The notes under the pieces were generated by a model, which saw only the letters and a list, made by a program, of their open reading frames with translations, ran no database searches and was not told where the DNA came from. DNA of 27,083 bases, taken from assembly GCF_006345805.1 (NCBI RefSeq), contig NW_021834037.1, positions 1 to 27,083 of the forward strand. The letters are read 5' to 3'. This document shows positions 1-9,134 of the stretch, piece by piece (the first letter of the stretch is position 1; every line of letters starts with the position of its first letter). Origin of the DNA: Octopus sinensis. Its lineage: Eukaryota. The translations under genes and the position numbers were made by a program.

Positions 1-142
1 TTATGATTTTCATTGTTTGATTTGCCCTAATAGTGGCTTTATCTCTAATTTAATATAATATATATATATTTATACTATAAAATTAGATATAATCCTAAAT
101 CTAATTTTTCCCTGTAAGTTTGGATTTACTCCCTAATATTAT

Positions 143-188
<46 letters not shown>

Positions 189-210
189 TATATCGTGTGA
201 GTATATTATC

Positions 211-297
211 TTATACTTGTTTCAGTCATTAGACTGCGACCATACTGTGGCGCTGCCTTAAAGAACTTTTAGCCAAATGAATTGACCGCAGTACTTG
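211..297 (-). mobile_element. Diverged 3' tail of SINE family A (second copy at ~1324-1410)
   Basis: TACTTGTTTCAGTCATTAGACTGCGACCATACTG..GCGCTGCCTT matches the tail of the full copy at 7811-8205. Confidence 0.75.
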
Positions 298-319
298 TTA
301 TTCTCTTTGCCTCTGTCTC

Positions 320-384
<65 letters not shown>

Positions 385-455
385 CTCTCATTATACAAAT
401 AAATTTTTTATACAGCCATAATTCTCCATTTTCTTCCTTTCATCATTATATATGC

Positions 456-1028
456 GGAAAACTTCTACACTGGATTAAGTATTTCCTGGCAAATAGAACA
501 CAAGAAGTTGTGGTCGATGGAGTCCACTCAATTCCAGCAAAAGTCACCAGAGGTGTCCCTCAAAAGACTGTCTTGGGTCCTCTCCTCTTTATAATTTACA
601 TAAATGACCTTTCCAGCGTCGTAAATCACTGCAAAGTGAAAATATTTGCTGATGACACTAAACTCCAGCAATTCATCAATGAAGAAGCAGACCGAACTGA
701 ACTCCAGTCTGATCTATATGCTGTGAGTCAATGGGCAGACAGAAACAAAATGCAACTGAACGAGGGAAAATTTGAACTGATGCATTTTGGAAGAAATTCC
801 ACACTAAAACAGCCATACTCTCTTCTTTCGGGGAAACCGTTCACAGCCTCTAACAATATCAGAGACCTGGGTGCAATTGTTGATGACGATCTCAGTTGGA
901 GGTCCCACATCAACAATAAGGTCGATATAGCTCGTAGGATGAGTTCCTGGATCTTAAGAACTTTCCGGTCCAGAGAACAAGGTGTCATCATTCCACTTTC
1001 CTCCTCCTTCGTACGGCTACACCTCGAC
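456..1028 (+). mobile_element. CR1/L2-group LINE reverse transcriptase fragment, copy 1
   Basis: Translation GKLLHWIKYFLANRTQEVVVDG..GVPQKTVLGPLLFIIYINDL..IFADDTKL..RDLG..RLHLD has the CR1-type RT domain 4-7 motifs. No upstream RT domains and no 3' tail are present. Confidence 0.9.
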
Positions 1029-1155
1029 AGAGGGCACTAATCCGCACCATTATTACTAGAAAAACAACTCAAATAGCGACAGGAATGTTGACTATTATTT
1101 CTAGCAATACTAGTGTATATCAGTGGCCTTTGGTACCATCGTGACGTACACACAC

Positions 1156-1199
<44 letters not shown>

Positions 1200-1214
1200 A
1201 GATATAGATTTTTA

Positions 1215-1237
1215 CCCTGTAAGTTTGGATTTACTCC

Positions 1238-1295
<58 letters not shown>

Positions 1296-1433
1296 ATACA
1301 GTATATCGTGTGAGTATATTATCTTTTACTTGTTTCAGTCATTAGACTGCGACCATACTGTGGCGCTGCCTTAAAGAACTTTTAGCCAAATGAATTGACC
1401 GCAGTACTTGTTATTTCTTTGCCTCTGTCTCTC

Positions 1434-1482
<49 letters not shown>

Positions 1483-2258
1483 CTATCTCTCATTATACAA
1501 ATAAATTTTTTTATACAGCCATAATTCTCCATTTTCTTCCTTTCAACATTATATATGTGGAAAACTTCTACACTGGATTAAGTATTTCCTGGCAAATAGA
1601 ACACAAGAAGTTGTGGTCGATGGAGTCCACTCAATTCCAGCAAAAGTCACCAGAGGTGTCCCTCAAAAGACTGTCTTGGGTCCTCTCCTCTTTATAATTT
1701 ACATTAATGACCTTTCCAGCGTCGTAAATCACTGCAAAGTGAAAATATTTGCTGATGACACTAAACTCCAGCAATTCATCAATGAAGAAGCAGACCGAAC
1801 TGAACTCCAGTCTGATCTATATGCTGTGAGTCAATGGGCAGAGAGAAACAAAATGCAACTGAACGAGGGAAAATTTGAACTGATGCATTTTGGAAGAAAT
1901 TCCACACTAAAACAGCCATACTCTCTTCTTTCGGGGAAACCGTTCACAGCCTCTAACAATATCAGAGACCTGGGTGTAATTGTTGATGACGATCTCAGTT
2001 GGAGGTCCCACATCAACAATAAGGTCGATATAGCTCGTAGGATGAGTTCCTGGATCTTAAGAACTTTCCGGTCCAGAGAACAAGGTGTCATCATTTCACT
2101 TTCCTCCTCCTTCGTACGGCTACACCTCGACAGAGGGCACTAATCCGCAGCATTATTACTAGAAAAACAACTCAAATAGCAACAGAAATCTTGACTATTA
2201 TTTCTAGCAATACTAGTGTATATCAGTGGCCTTTGGTACCATCGTGACGTACACACAC

Positions 2259-2300
<42 letters not shown>
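1215..2300. repeat. Unit 2 of the ~1.1-kb direct tandem duplication
   Basis: Same order as unit 1: (TA)n, SINE tail, (CT)n(CTAT)n, CR1 RT fragment, unique tail, (TA)n. Confidence 0.95.
1559..2131 (+). mobile_element. CR1/L2-group LINE reverse transcriptase fragment, copy 2
   Basis: Near-identical to 456-1028; amino-acid differences include D>E, A>V and P>S. Confidence 0.9.
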
Positions 2301-2303
<3 letters not shown>

Positions 2304-2307
2304 ATAT

Positions 2308-2354
<47 letters not shown>

Positions 2355-2519
2355 CACACATATATATATGTATATGTGTGTGTGTGTGTGTGGTGTGTGT
2401 GTGTGTGTGTGTTGTGTGTGTATATATGTATGTTAGTATGTATGTATCGATATGTATAGACATATATATATATACATATGTATATATATATACATATATG
2501 TATATATATATATATATAT

Positions 2520-2550
<31 letters not shown>
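2258..2550. repeat. Compound microsatellite (TA)n-(GATA)n-(GT)n-(TA)n-(CA)n
   Basis: Read directly from the sequence. Confidence 0.95.
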
Positions 2551-2551
<1 letters not shown>

Positions 2552-2854
2552 AGTGTTCGGGCTAAATTTGACCATTTTTTTTATCCTTTTATAAGAAACA
2601 GTTATTGTATCAGTGACCCGTCCATTGTGTTAGCGAGTATCAAGATTAAGGATGCAGCTGAGAAAAATTTAGCTGACATCGATGAAGATAGGACAGCCTT
2701 TTGAATATTGGAAAAGTGTTATGTGCTTCATGCTGATGTGAGCCTCGAATCAAAATGCCGACATCTTGACTGCGGCCCATGATGTCAGCCTTGCGAATAC
2801 TATAAAGGCCATAAAATGGCATGGACTGGTTCATTGGAGTCTACAAAGCCGTGT

Positions 2855-3280
2855 GTGATGAACTTTGGATGTTTCCATCGAGAGTGACAACAAGCGGCCC
2901 CATATTTACGACAGGTCCTTAGACACCGTTCAAAATACTATGTGAAGCTGCTGGAGACAGTCACCCAACTTTGGTTGGAGAGGATCACTTCTGGAAAGCC
3001 ATGTGGAGAAGGTGGATTCGGTTCCTTGCCAGGCCTTCGGAGAATTTCTACGACTTCATCGTCTCCATTTTCTAGCATTCTTTTACCCCAGATAGTAGAC
3101 CCTTAGATTACTTTGTGTGGGGCGCTGTTGGGAAAGACACCAACCGCTCTGCCTGCAACACAATGGCCCAGCTACTGGCCAAGATCAAGGTGGTGTTCGA
3201 AGATCTTCCCAGAGATACAGTGAGCAACGCATGTACCATGTTCCGGAGCCGTCCTAAAGCTCTTGTGGAAGTTACTCTGA
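2855..3280 (+). mobile_element. Decayed Tc1/mariner transposase, maT/DD37D-like catalytic C-terminus
   Basis: Frameshifted motifs: VMNFG; YYVKLLETVTQLWLERITSGKP; DSVPC (3015, cf. QDSAPCH); ENFYDF; PDSRPLDYFVWGAV..DTNR..CNT..L.AKIK.VF..LPRDTV..AC..FRSR..A.VE (cf. SPDxNPLDYxxW). The D-to-D distance is 91 nt because of a deletion, so spacing cannot confirm the subfamily. Confidence 0.8.
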
Positions 3281-3301
3281 GTAAATCATCTCCCAAGCTT
3301 T

Positions 3302-3580
3302 GAGAAAGGAATCATAACTAGTTGCACGATTTTCCCCATTCTTTTCATCATGGGTATGAATCTCTTCATATCAACTACTGATAAGAGGTGCCCAAGGACC
3401 AATAATGGAATCATGCAGGTATTAGCACCCAATGAGGGACTTCGTGATGATATTACGGTAAGAATTTATGCAGAAAGTGTGTCGACTTCACTAGAACACA
3501 TGACGACATGGGCAAGAATGAGGTTTAATCCCAAAATCTCGAGGAGCATGGTGATCAGGGGGAGCAAAGTGACCAACAAA
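3302..3580 (+). mobile_element. HERO-like (R2 group) non-LTR retrotransposon RT fragment
   Basis: EKGIITSCTIFPILFIMGMN...GLRDDITV...LEHMTTWARMRFNPKISRSMVIRGSKV resembles HERO-clade RT domains 4-7 (GIxTGCTIS; FMDDxTV; TWARMxFKPxKSRSxVxxKGKV). Confidence 0.7.
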
Positions 3581-3581
3581 A

Positions 3582-3730
3582 TCTTTATACTTCCAACATA
3601 TGTTTCGAAGAAAGCATTGATATTATTCCGGAGGGAATAAAATGTTGTAAAACAATGCAATAATCTCGTCAGGGAAAAAAGAGAAACAAAACACCGCAAT
3701 AAGCCATTTTAACCGAATATGATTACCACG
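3582..3730 (-). mobile_element. Inverted copy of the Penelope 3' (pseudo-LTR) segment at the 5' end of the element
   Basis: Its reverse complement aligns at roughly 85% identity with 6424-6574. It abuts the RT start (DLWSIVRNVKF at ~3730). Confidence 0.85.
3591..3676 (-). ncRNA. Type I hammerhead ribozyme motif (Penelope pLTR type)
   Basis: Minus strand reads TTCC-CTGACGA-G..(GCATTG/CAATGC stem)..C-GAAA-CATATG-TT-GGAA. Core complete, stem I TTCC/GGAA, palindromic stem III. Confidence 0.7.
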
Positions 3731-4808
3731 ATCTCTGGTCTATTGTGAGGAATGTGAAATTCCATCGTTCACCCTTAAGGAATAAACATCTGCGGTATCT
3801 TCACAATATCACCAAAGAAATCCATAACATTGATGGGATACTGGTTCAATCTGATAAAACAGAAAACATATACAGACTTACTAAGAATTATTACGTAGAA
3901 TTATTTAGAAAAGAAATACAAAAGAATTATAGGATTACCAGTAAAAGTGAAATCAGGAAAGCCAGCCTTGAGACTAAAAGAATTATGGAGAAGTATGACC
4001 TACAGATGAAGAAAGAACCCCTTGATCCCAAACAAGCTCATTTTATTTTAAAAGATCACAAACCAATTTTTTCTAATAACCCAATCTTACGACTCATTTG
4101 TCCTTCTAGCTCTGATATCGGTGTACTTAGCAAAAATATTCTAGATAAATATATTCTTTCGTTAGTTAAAAAATTAAAGCTTAATTTATGGTGTAATTCG
4201 TTCCAAGTCTTCGATTGGTGTAATTCTATTAATAACAAAAATTGCACTAAGTTTATCCAGTTCGACATTTCTAGTTACTATTCCTCTATTAACCCACTTG
4301 TACTCAACAAAGCACTCTGGTTTGCACACAACAAAGTAGGCTTCACTCGGGATGAAATTAATGTGGTGTTAGCTGCTAGAAAACCAATCATTTAATTTGA
4401 AAATAAGCTATGGGTCCGTAAAGATACGCTTTACAGTTTTGATGTCACGATGGGAAATTTTAGTTGGAATAACAGTACTATTTTTCAGCGCAAGGGAGAT
4501 AACCATTCTTTATATCCCTTTCTACGTAATAAAAATAAGTCTAGGACTTTTAAAGATAATTACCCTAATAACAAGGTGTGTCCTAGTAAAACTGGTTGAT
4601 CAGTCCATATGGTAAGCAGATCAAATCCAATTTCCCTTACCAGTTCCGTGAAGCTATTGATGAGAATTTCTCAAAAATTTCAAGATACCATTCCATTATC
4701 AATTTACACCGAATTAGAATGGGGTTTTCAAACACCAAAGCCTTTCACAAATCATCTCTTCGCATAACAATAAGTTGTTAAATACAGATCCACTTAATGA
4801 AAATAATA
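3731..4808 (+). mobile_element. Penelope-like element reverse transcriptase (Naiad-type motifs), 5'-truncated and decayed
   Basis: Motifs SDKTENIY, ILKDHK, RLICP.SSDIG.LSK.ILD, FIQFDISSYYSSI, AL.FA and AARK. After an in-frame TAA at 4393 it continues LWVRKD..FDVTMG. A deletion removes the xDD region. The thumb/linker WLISPYGKQIKSNF..IISSHNNKLL follows with frameshifts. Confidence 0.9.
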
Positions 4809-4816
4809 ACATTGAT

Positions 4817-5304
4817 CATCATCATCATTGTTCGACTGTGGTCGAGACAATGGAATTTACTATGTTACGCCAGACTTCACGGTCCATCATAGCATTACGG
4901 AGGTCCTGTTGCTGGATGCCTGTATCCCTGGAGATTACATCAGGGTAGGAGAGTGTGCGCCCTCTGGTATTGCGAGTAGATGGCTTCCAGAGGAGAAGAG
5001 TAGAAATTACTTCTTTTTCGGCTCTACAACAATGTCCAGCAAACTGGACTCTCCTACCTTTCACAAGAGATGACACAGGTGGTAGTTTCCCATATATTTG
5101 CATTTTGGTTGGATGGCGCTTCCACGAGAGATTTTGAGCTCTCATAAGGAGGCGAGTGTAGGTTCCATCCAACCGCCTCTCAAGCTTCTTTGATAACGTC
5201 CAGGTTTCTGAGCCATATAGTAGAATTGGTTCGATTGTGGCTTTGAATATTTCAAGTTTGAAGTCTCTACTTAGAGTTGATGACCAGATCTTATGCATGT
5301 CATT
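4817..5304 (-). mobile_element. 5'-truncated RTE/RTE-X LINE insertion with 8-bp TSD
   Basis: Open 157-codon C-terminus (KLEIFKATIEPILLYGSETWTL..RLDGTYTRLLMRAQNLSW..FAGHC.R..RGR..DREVWR) whose TGA stop runs into a (TGA)n tail. TSD ACATTGAT at 4809-4816 and 5305-5312. Confidence 0.92.
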
Positions 5305-5312
5305 ACATTGAT

Positions 5313-5775
5313 ATTATTAACGCTCACCATTCTTCGAACAATAATAACCACAATATTAATATTTCTGATACAAATTCGAATCGTATTTGTTTCTTTAGCA
5401 GTAATTCTAAGGCTAGAAACTCTGTTTATCAATGTAAAATTACTTTCGGTTCTAACGTCTTTTTTATGTAGTCAGTTCATCGTCTCAGTTGTCGAAAAGA
5501 ATATCTAACCATTACTCTAATTTAGACATATCAATAAACGCAACAATACTGGGCTTGGTAAATTAATTTGGTCTTTAAAGGAACATAATAAACAATTTGA
5601 TTTGGAATGGAATATTCTATCTAGATCCTTCCCAAATGACAAAGGTAAATCTTTTTGTTCGCTCTGTAACGAAGAACAGTTTCTCATCCTTTCCTCGGAG
5701 AATACTTTTGTACACACGTTTAAAGAAAACGTTTATCGTTATAAACATTGGAAAAAACATACCTTTAGTTTCTAA
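5313..5775 (+). mobile_element. Penelope-like element linker and GIY-YIG endonuclease, decayed
   Basis: With frameshifts: NSVYQCKI..FYV..SKRISNH..(F)RH..T.LGKLIWSLKE..EWNIL..CSLCNEE..YKHWKKH, then TAA at 5773. This matches the PLE GIY-YIG layout (xxY..YIG..KR..NH..LSK.IW.LK..W.I..C.LC..EK..H). Confidence 0.8.
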
Positions 5776-5853
5776 AAGTAATTTCTACAAGTCTATAAAA
5801 TTTTGCCTTTAACTATCTTCTTACAATTCATTTCCACTACATATTCCACTACA

Positions 5854-6246
5854 CAGGAGTGGCTGTGTGGTAAGTAGCTTGTTTACCAACCACATGGTTC
5901 CGGGTTCAGTCCCACTGCGTGGCACCTTGGACAAGTGTCTTCTACTATAGCCTCGGGCCGACCAAAGCCTTGTGAGTGGATTTTGTAGACGGAAACTGAA
6001 AGAAGCCCGTCGTATATTAATATATATATGTGCATGTGTGTGTTTGTGTGTCTGTGTTTGTCCCCCCATCATCGTTTGACAACCGATGCTGGTGTGTTTA
6101 TGTCCCCGTTACTTAGCGGTTCGGCAAAAGAGACCGATAGAATAAGTACTGGGCTTACAAAAGAATAAGTCCCGGGGTCGAGTTGCTCGACTAAAGGCAG
6201 TGCTCCAGCATGGCCACAGTCAAATGACTGAAACAAGTAAAAGAAT
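5854..6246 (+). mobile_element. tRNA-derived SINE family A, near full length
   Basis: A-box-like TGGCTGTGTGG, B-box-like GGTTCAGTCCC, internal (TA)n/(TG)n and a 3' AAAAGAAT tail. Many homologues occur in the window. Confidence 0.92.
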
Positions 6247-6249
6247 ATG

Positions 6250-6720
6250 TCTATTTCCACGCTTTTACGCTTTATTACCGTTCATCTATTACTCTATACT
6301 TCTCCACTCTTAATTTTCTGTTAATTTCTTTCTTTCTCCTTCTCTTTCTCTAAATTACCTTTCACGTTAAATCTATTAACGTTTTTTTTTTAATAATTTA
6401 CCAACTCTCCCTTTCATCATATGCGCGGTAATAACACTCGGTTAAAATGGCTTATTAATGTTTTTGTTGCTCTTATTTTTCCCTAACGAGATGATTGCAT
6501 TGTTTTATATCAAATTTATTCCCTCCGCTATAATATCAATGCCTTCTTCGAAACATATGTTGGAAGTATAAAGAGTTTGAATAATACCTGCGTTTGACTC
6601 CATTTCTTAATTTAGCTATGTTATACAAAAACATTTCACTTAACAATGGAATTTCTACCTTTATAATTAGGGTGTAATATCCTTTGCACTTTTGTAAATT
6701 TTTGCTACCCTGGTAACTAT
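6250..6720 (+). mobile_element. Penelope 3' untranslated / pseudo-LTR region
   Basis: Follows the GIY-YIG once the SINE is removed. Contains the segment inverted at 3582-3730 and is homologous to 21970-22330 (minus strand). Confidence 0.7.
6479..6565 (+). ncRNA. Hammerhead ribozyme motif with core mutation (likely inactive)
   Basis: TTCC-CTAACGA-GATGA..TCTTC-GAAA-CATATG-TT-GGAA; the invariant G5 of CUGANGA is A here. Confidence 0.65.
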
Positions 6721-6769
6721 TTATTTATTTTTTTCCGTATTATTTATACACACTGAAATAATACACATA

Positions 6770-6817
6770 CATTTATATATATATATATGTACAGATATTT
6801 ATATATATAATATATAT

Positions 6818-6850
<33 letters not shown>

Positions 6851-6875
6851 TATATATGTATACATATATATATAT
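6770..6875. repeat. (TA)n-rich microsatellite
   Basis: Read directly from the sequence. Confidence 0.9.
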
Positions 6876-6969
6876 AATAACAAAGGGTGAAATTAATTAA
6901 TTAGAAGTAATCAGTAATTTCACCAATTACTGATTACTTCGTAATTAATTAATTTCACCCTTTGTTATT
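6876..6969. repeat. Near-perfect 44-bp inverted repeat (foldback hairpin)
   Basis: Left arm 6876-6919, loop TCACC, right arm 6925-6969 with one extra G at 6941. Confidence 0.95.
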
Positions 6970-7183
6970 GATAATGGAATTCTTCTCCCTGATAACAAAC
7001 TACAGTTTCTCTCTGTAGCATCTTACTTGGCGACGCGTTAATGGGTGGGGGGGTGATGAAATCTCATTCGTATTTTGAATTTGGCGGTACTAGCACTGAA
7101 TATGATCTCTCTGATACCGTTAGGTGGCGAGATATTCTCTAGTGCCTTCGAATCTAATATTTAATAATTAATATTTCTGGAAT

Positions 7184-7269
7184 CCCACGCTGATGAGCCG
7201 AAAATGATCGGGTAAGGTATAGCTATTTATTCTTTATACCGACCTAATTCCGAAACGCGCGTACGTGGG
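7184..7269 (+). ncRNA. Type I hammerhead ribozyme motif, tandem unit 1
   Basis: CCCACG-CTGATGA-G...C-GAAA-CGCGCG-TA-CGTGGG. Perfect 6-bp stem I, intact core, palindromic stem III; stem II base is weak. Confidence 0.8.
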
Positions 7270-7463
7270 TAACCTAATATCGATTGATTTTCGTTATTTT
7301 TCCCTTTTGCCTGCGTGGTGGATTGTTTTTCAAGTACTTTGGTTTTTCTGGGAGCCACTTTTAAAGTAGAAGAAATAGCTAAGATTTTTTGACTGCTCTT
7401 TCTAAACTTCGGTATGTGGCGAAGCAAATCTCTGCTGAACCCTAATTATAAAGTATCTATCTA

Positions 7464-7526
<63 letters not shown>

Positions 7527-7535
7527 TTCTGGAAT

Positions 7536-7624
7536 CCCACGCTGATGAGCCGAAAATGATCGGGTAAGGTATAGCTATTTATTCTTTATACGGATGATTT
7601 AATTCCGAAACGCGCGTACGTGGG
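7536..7624 (+). ncRNA. Type I hammerhead ribozyme motif, tandem unit 2
   Basis: Same architecture as 7184-7269. Confidence 0.8.
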
Positions 7625-7810
7625 TAACCTAATACCGATTGATTTTCATTATTTTTTCCTTTTGCCTGCGTGGTGGATTGTTTTCAAGTACTTTGGTTTT
7701 TCTGGGAGCCCCTTTTAAAGTAGAAGAAATAGCTAAGATTTTTTGACTGCTATTTCTAAACTTTGGTATGTGAACCCTAGGGTTCTCTGCTGAACCCTAA
7801 TTATAAAGTA

Positions 7811-8205
7811 TTCTTTTATTCTTTTATTCTTTTACTTGTTTCAGTCATTTGACTGTGGCCATGCTGGAGCACCGCCTTTAGTCGAGCAAATCGATCCCAG
7901 GACTTAAACTTTGTTAGCCTAGTACCTATTCTATCGGTCTCTTTTGCCGAACCGCTAAGTTACGGGGACGTAAACACACCAGCATCGGTTGTCAAGCGAT
8001 TTTGGGTGGACAAACACACACACACACACACATATATATATACGACGGGCTTCTTTCAGTTTCCGTCTACCAAATCCACTCACAAGGCTTTGGTCGGCCC
8101 GAAGGTATAGTAGAAGACACTTGCCCAAGGTGCCACGCAGTGGGACTGAACCCGGAACCATGTGGTTGGTAAGCAAGCAACTTACCACACAGCCACTCCT
8201 GCGCC
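7811..8205 (-). mobile_element. tRNA-derived SINE family A, full length
   Basis: Reverse complement starts GGCGCAGGAGTGGCTGTGTGG and ends (AAAAGAAT)n; >90% similar to 5854-6246. Confidence 0.93.
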
Positions 8206-8234
8206 TATATATAAATATATATATAGTCACGTAC

Positions 8235-8370
8235 GTAGGTTGTGTGGAAAGACATTGGGTTCCTAACTACATGATTCCGTTTTCAGTCCCACTGCGTGGC
8301 ACCTTCTGCAGGTGTCTTCTATCACAACCTCGGAGGGATTCGAGATTTGACAGACAGAAATCGGAAATAG
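8235..8370 (+). mobile_element. Old diverged SINE A head
   Basis: TTCAGTCCCACTGCGTGGCACCTT..GGTGTCTTCTA matches the SINE A head. Confidence 0.65.
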
Positions 8371-8532
8371 TAGCACAACAAGGTACCGGTGTTTTGCTGG
8401 AAATAGCAGTCGATAACCGTTCGACGTTAGGTAAAGCTTCACTGAATGTATAGGGGCAGAGATGTGTGCGGGCGACGAATATAAAAAAATTTTCGTCTTA
8501 CCTCTAAGAAGAACGCCAGAGAAATGGAAAAT

Positions 8533-8602
8533 CCGGTACTCGAGTTTCGAACTTGTCAGAATACGCTTGTTTTCATAAAACTGATTGGTCCTCGTCAGCT
8601 AG
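8533..8602 (-). ncRNA. Type I hammerhead ribozyme motif in otherwise unassigned sequence
   Basis: Minus strand reads CTAG-CTGACGA-GGAC..GTTC-GAAA-CTCGAG-TA-CCGG. Intact core, 4-bp stem II with one GU, palindromic stem III, weak stem I. Confidence 0.6.
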
Positions 8603-8744
8603 GTCCACCGAAGAGAATAAATTTAAAATATCCGCTTCATCAATGCCTGTATACCCGGCCAATAGCCCCAGCCATAAACACATTTGGACTGAAACCTCCG
8701 CTTCACAATACCAGGGGGCGCGTGTGCTTAAGTCTATGTATCGT

Positions 8745-8872
8745 ACGAATCGGTAAGGAGACCGACAGAATAAGTACCAGGCTTCAGAAGAAAATAAGTC
8801 GATTCATTCGACTAATATTCTTCAAGGCGTTGCACCAGCATGGCCACAGCCTAATGACGGGAACAAGTGAAA
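8745..8872 (+). mobile_element. Diverged SINE 3' tail (family A-related)
   Basis: GAGACCGACAGAATAAGTACCAGG..CACCAGCATGGCCACAG..GAACAAGTGAAA matches the SINE A tail. Confidence 0.65.
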
Positions 8873-8949
8873 TATGTGTGCATGTGTGTTAGTGACGCAT
8901 TCACACACAATACAGATAAATAGATAGACAGAGAAACGGAAACGCAGAC

Positions 8950-9073
8950 AGATTAATATGTGTATAAAAATATATATATAATATATTATGTATGTATACA
9001 TGTATGTATGTATGAATGTTTATATAAGTATATATGTGTATATAGATATAAAAATATGCATATATATATTTAC

Positions 9074-9134
<61 letters not shown>

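Larger units (their letters stand above)
110..1200. repeat. Unit 1 of a ~1.1-kb direct tandem duplication
   Basis: CCCTGTAAGTTTGGATTTACTCCCTAATA occurs at 110 and 1215. The RT-fragment stop codons are at 1040 and 2143 (offset 1103). Only about a dozen substitutions and microsatellite length differences separate the units. Confidence 0.95.
7172..7810 (+). repeat. Two tandem ~284-bp hammerhead-containing units separated by (CTAT)n
   Basis: Units 7172-7455 and 7524-7810 both start TATTTCTGGAATCCCACG and end CCCTAATTATAAAGTA; about 90% identical by eye. Confidence 0.9.

Noticed and set aside
282-455. N-terminal extension of the 252-aa ORF
   Set aside because: It starts at TTG and runs through a SINE tail and (CT)n; only 456-1028 is RT-like.
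649-655. CTGATGA (hammerhead core-like), also in the duplicate unit
   Set aside because: These are the FADD codons of the CR1 RT, with no matching stems or GAAA-stem III-UH.
4393-4395. In-frame stop in the Naiad-type RT as possible selenocysteine recoding
   Set aside because: The codon is TAA, not TGA; the element has other lesions and no SECIS was identified.
5854-5930. tRNA-like heads of SINE families A, B and C as tRNA genes
   Set aside because: They continue into SINE bodies and tails, several have TSDs, and no complete cloverleaf acceptor stem was found.
6989-7045. CTGATAA..GGCGACGCGTTA as a hammerhead
   Set aside because: Both core segments are mutated (no CUGANGA, no GAAA); at most a decayed relic.
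7434-7446. AACCCTAA telomere-like motif (also near 7793)
   Set aside because: Single units inside the duplicated repeat, not an array.
7989-8453. ORFs sharing RRASFSFRLPNPLTRLWSAR (also at 5821, 10737 and 13585)
   Set aside because: These are antisense translations of the SINE A head, not a protein family.
8710-8721. ACCAGGGGGCGC CTCF-core-like motif with nearby CCAAT boxes
   Set aside because: A single short match lying between repeat relics, possibly a decayed SINE head (GGCGCGTG); no supporting context.
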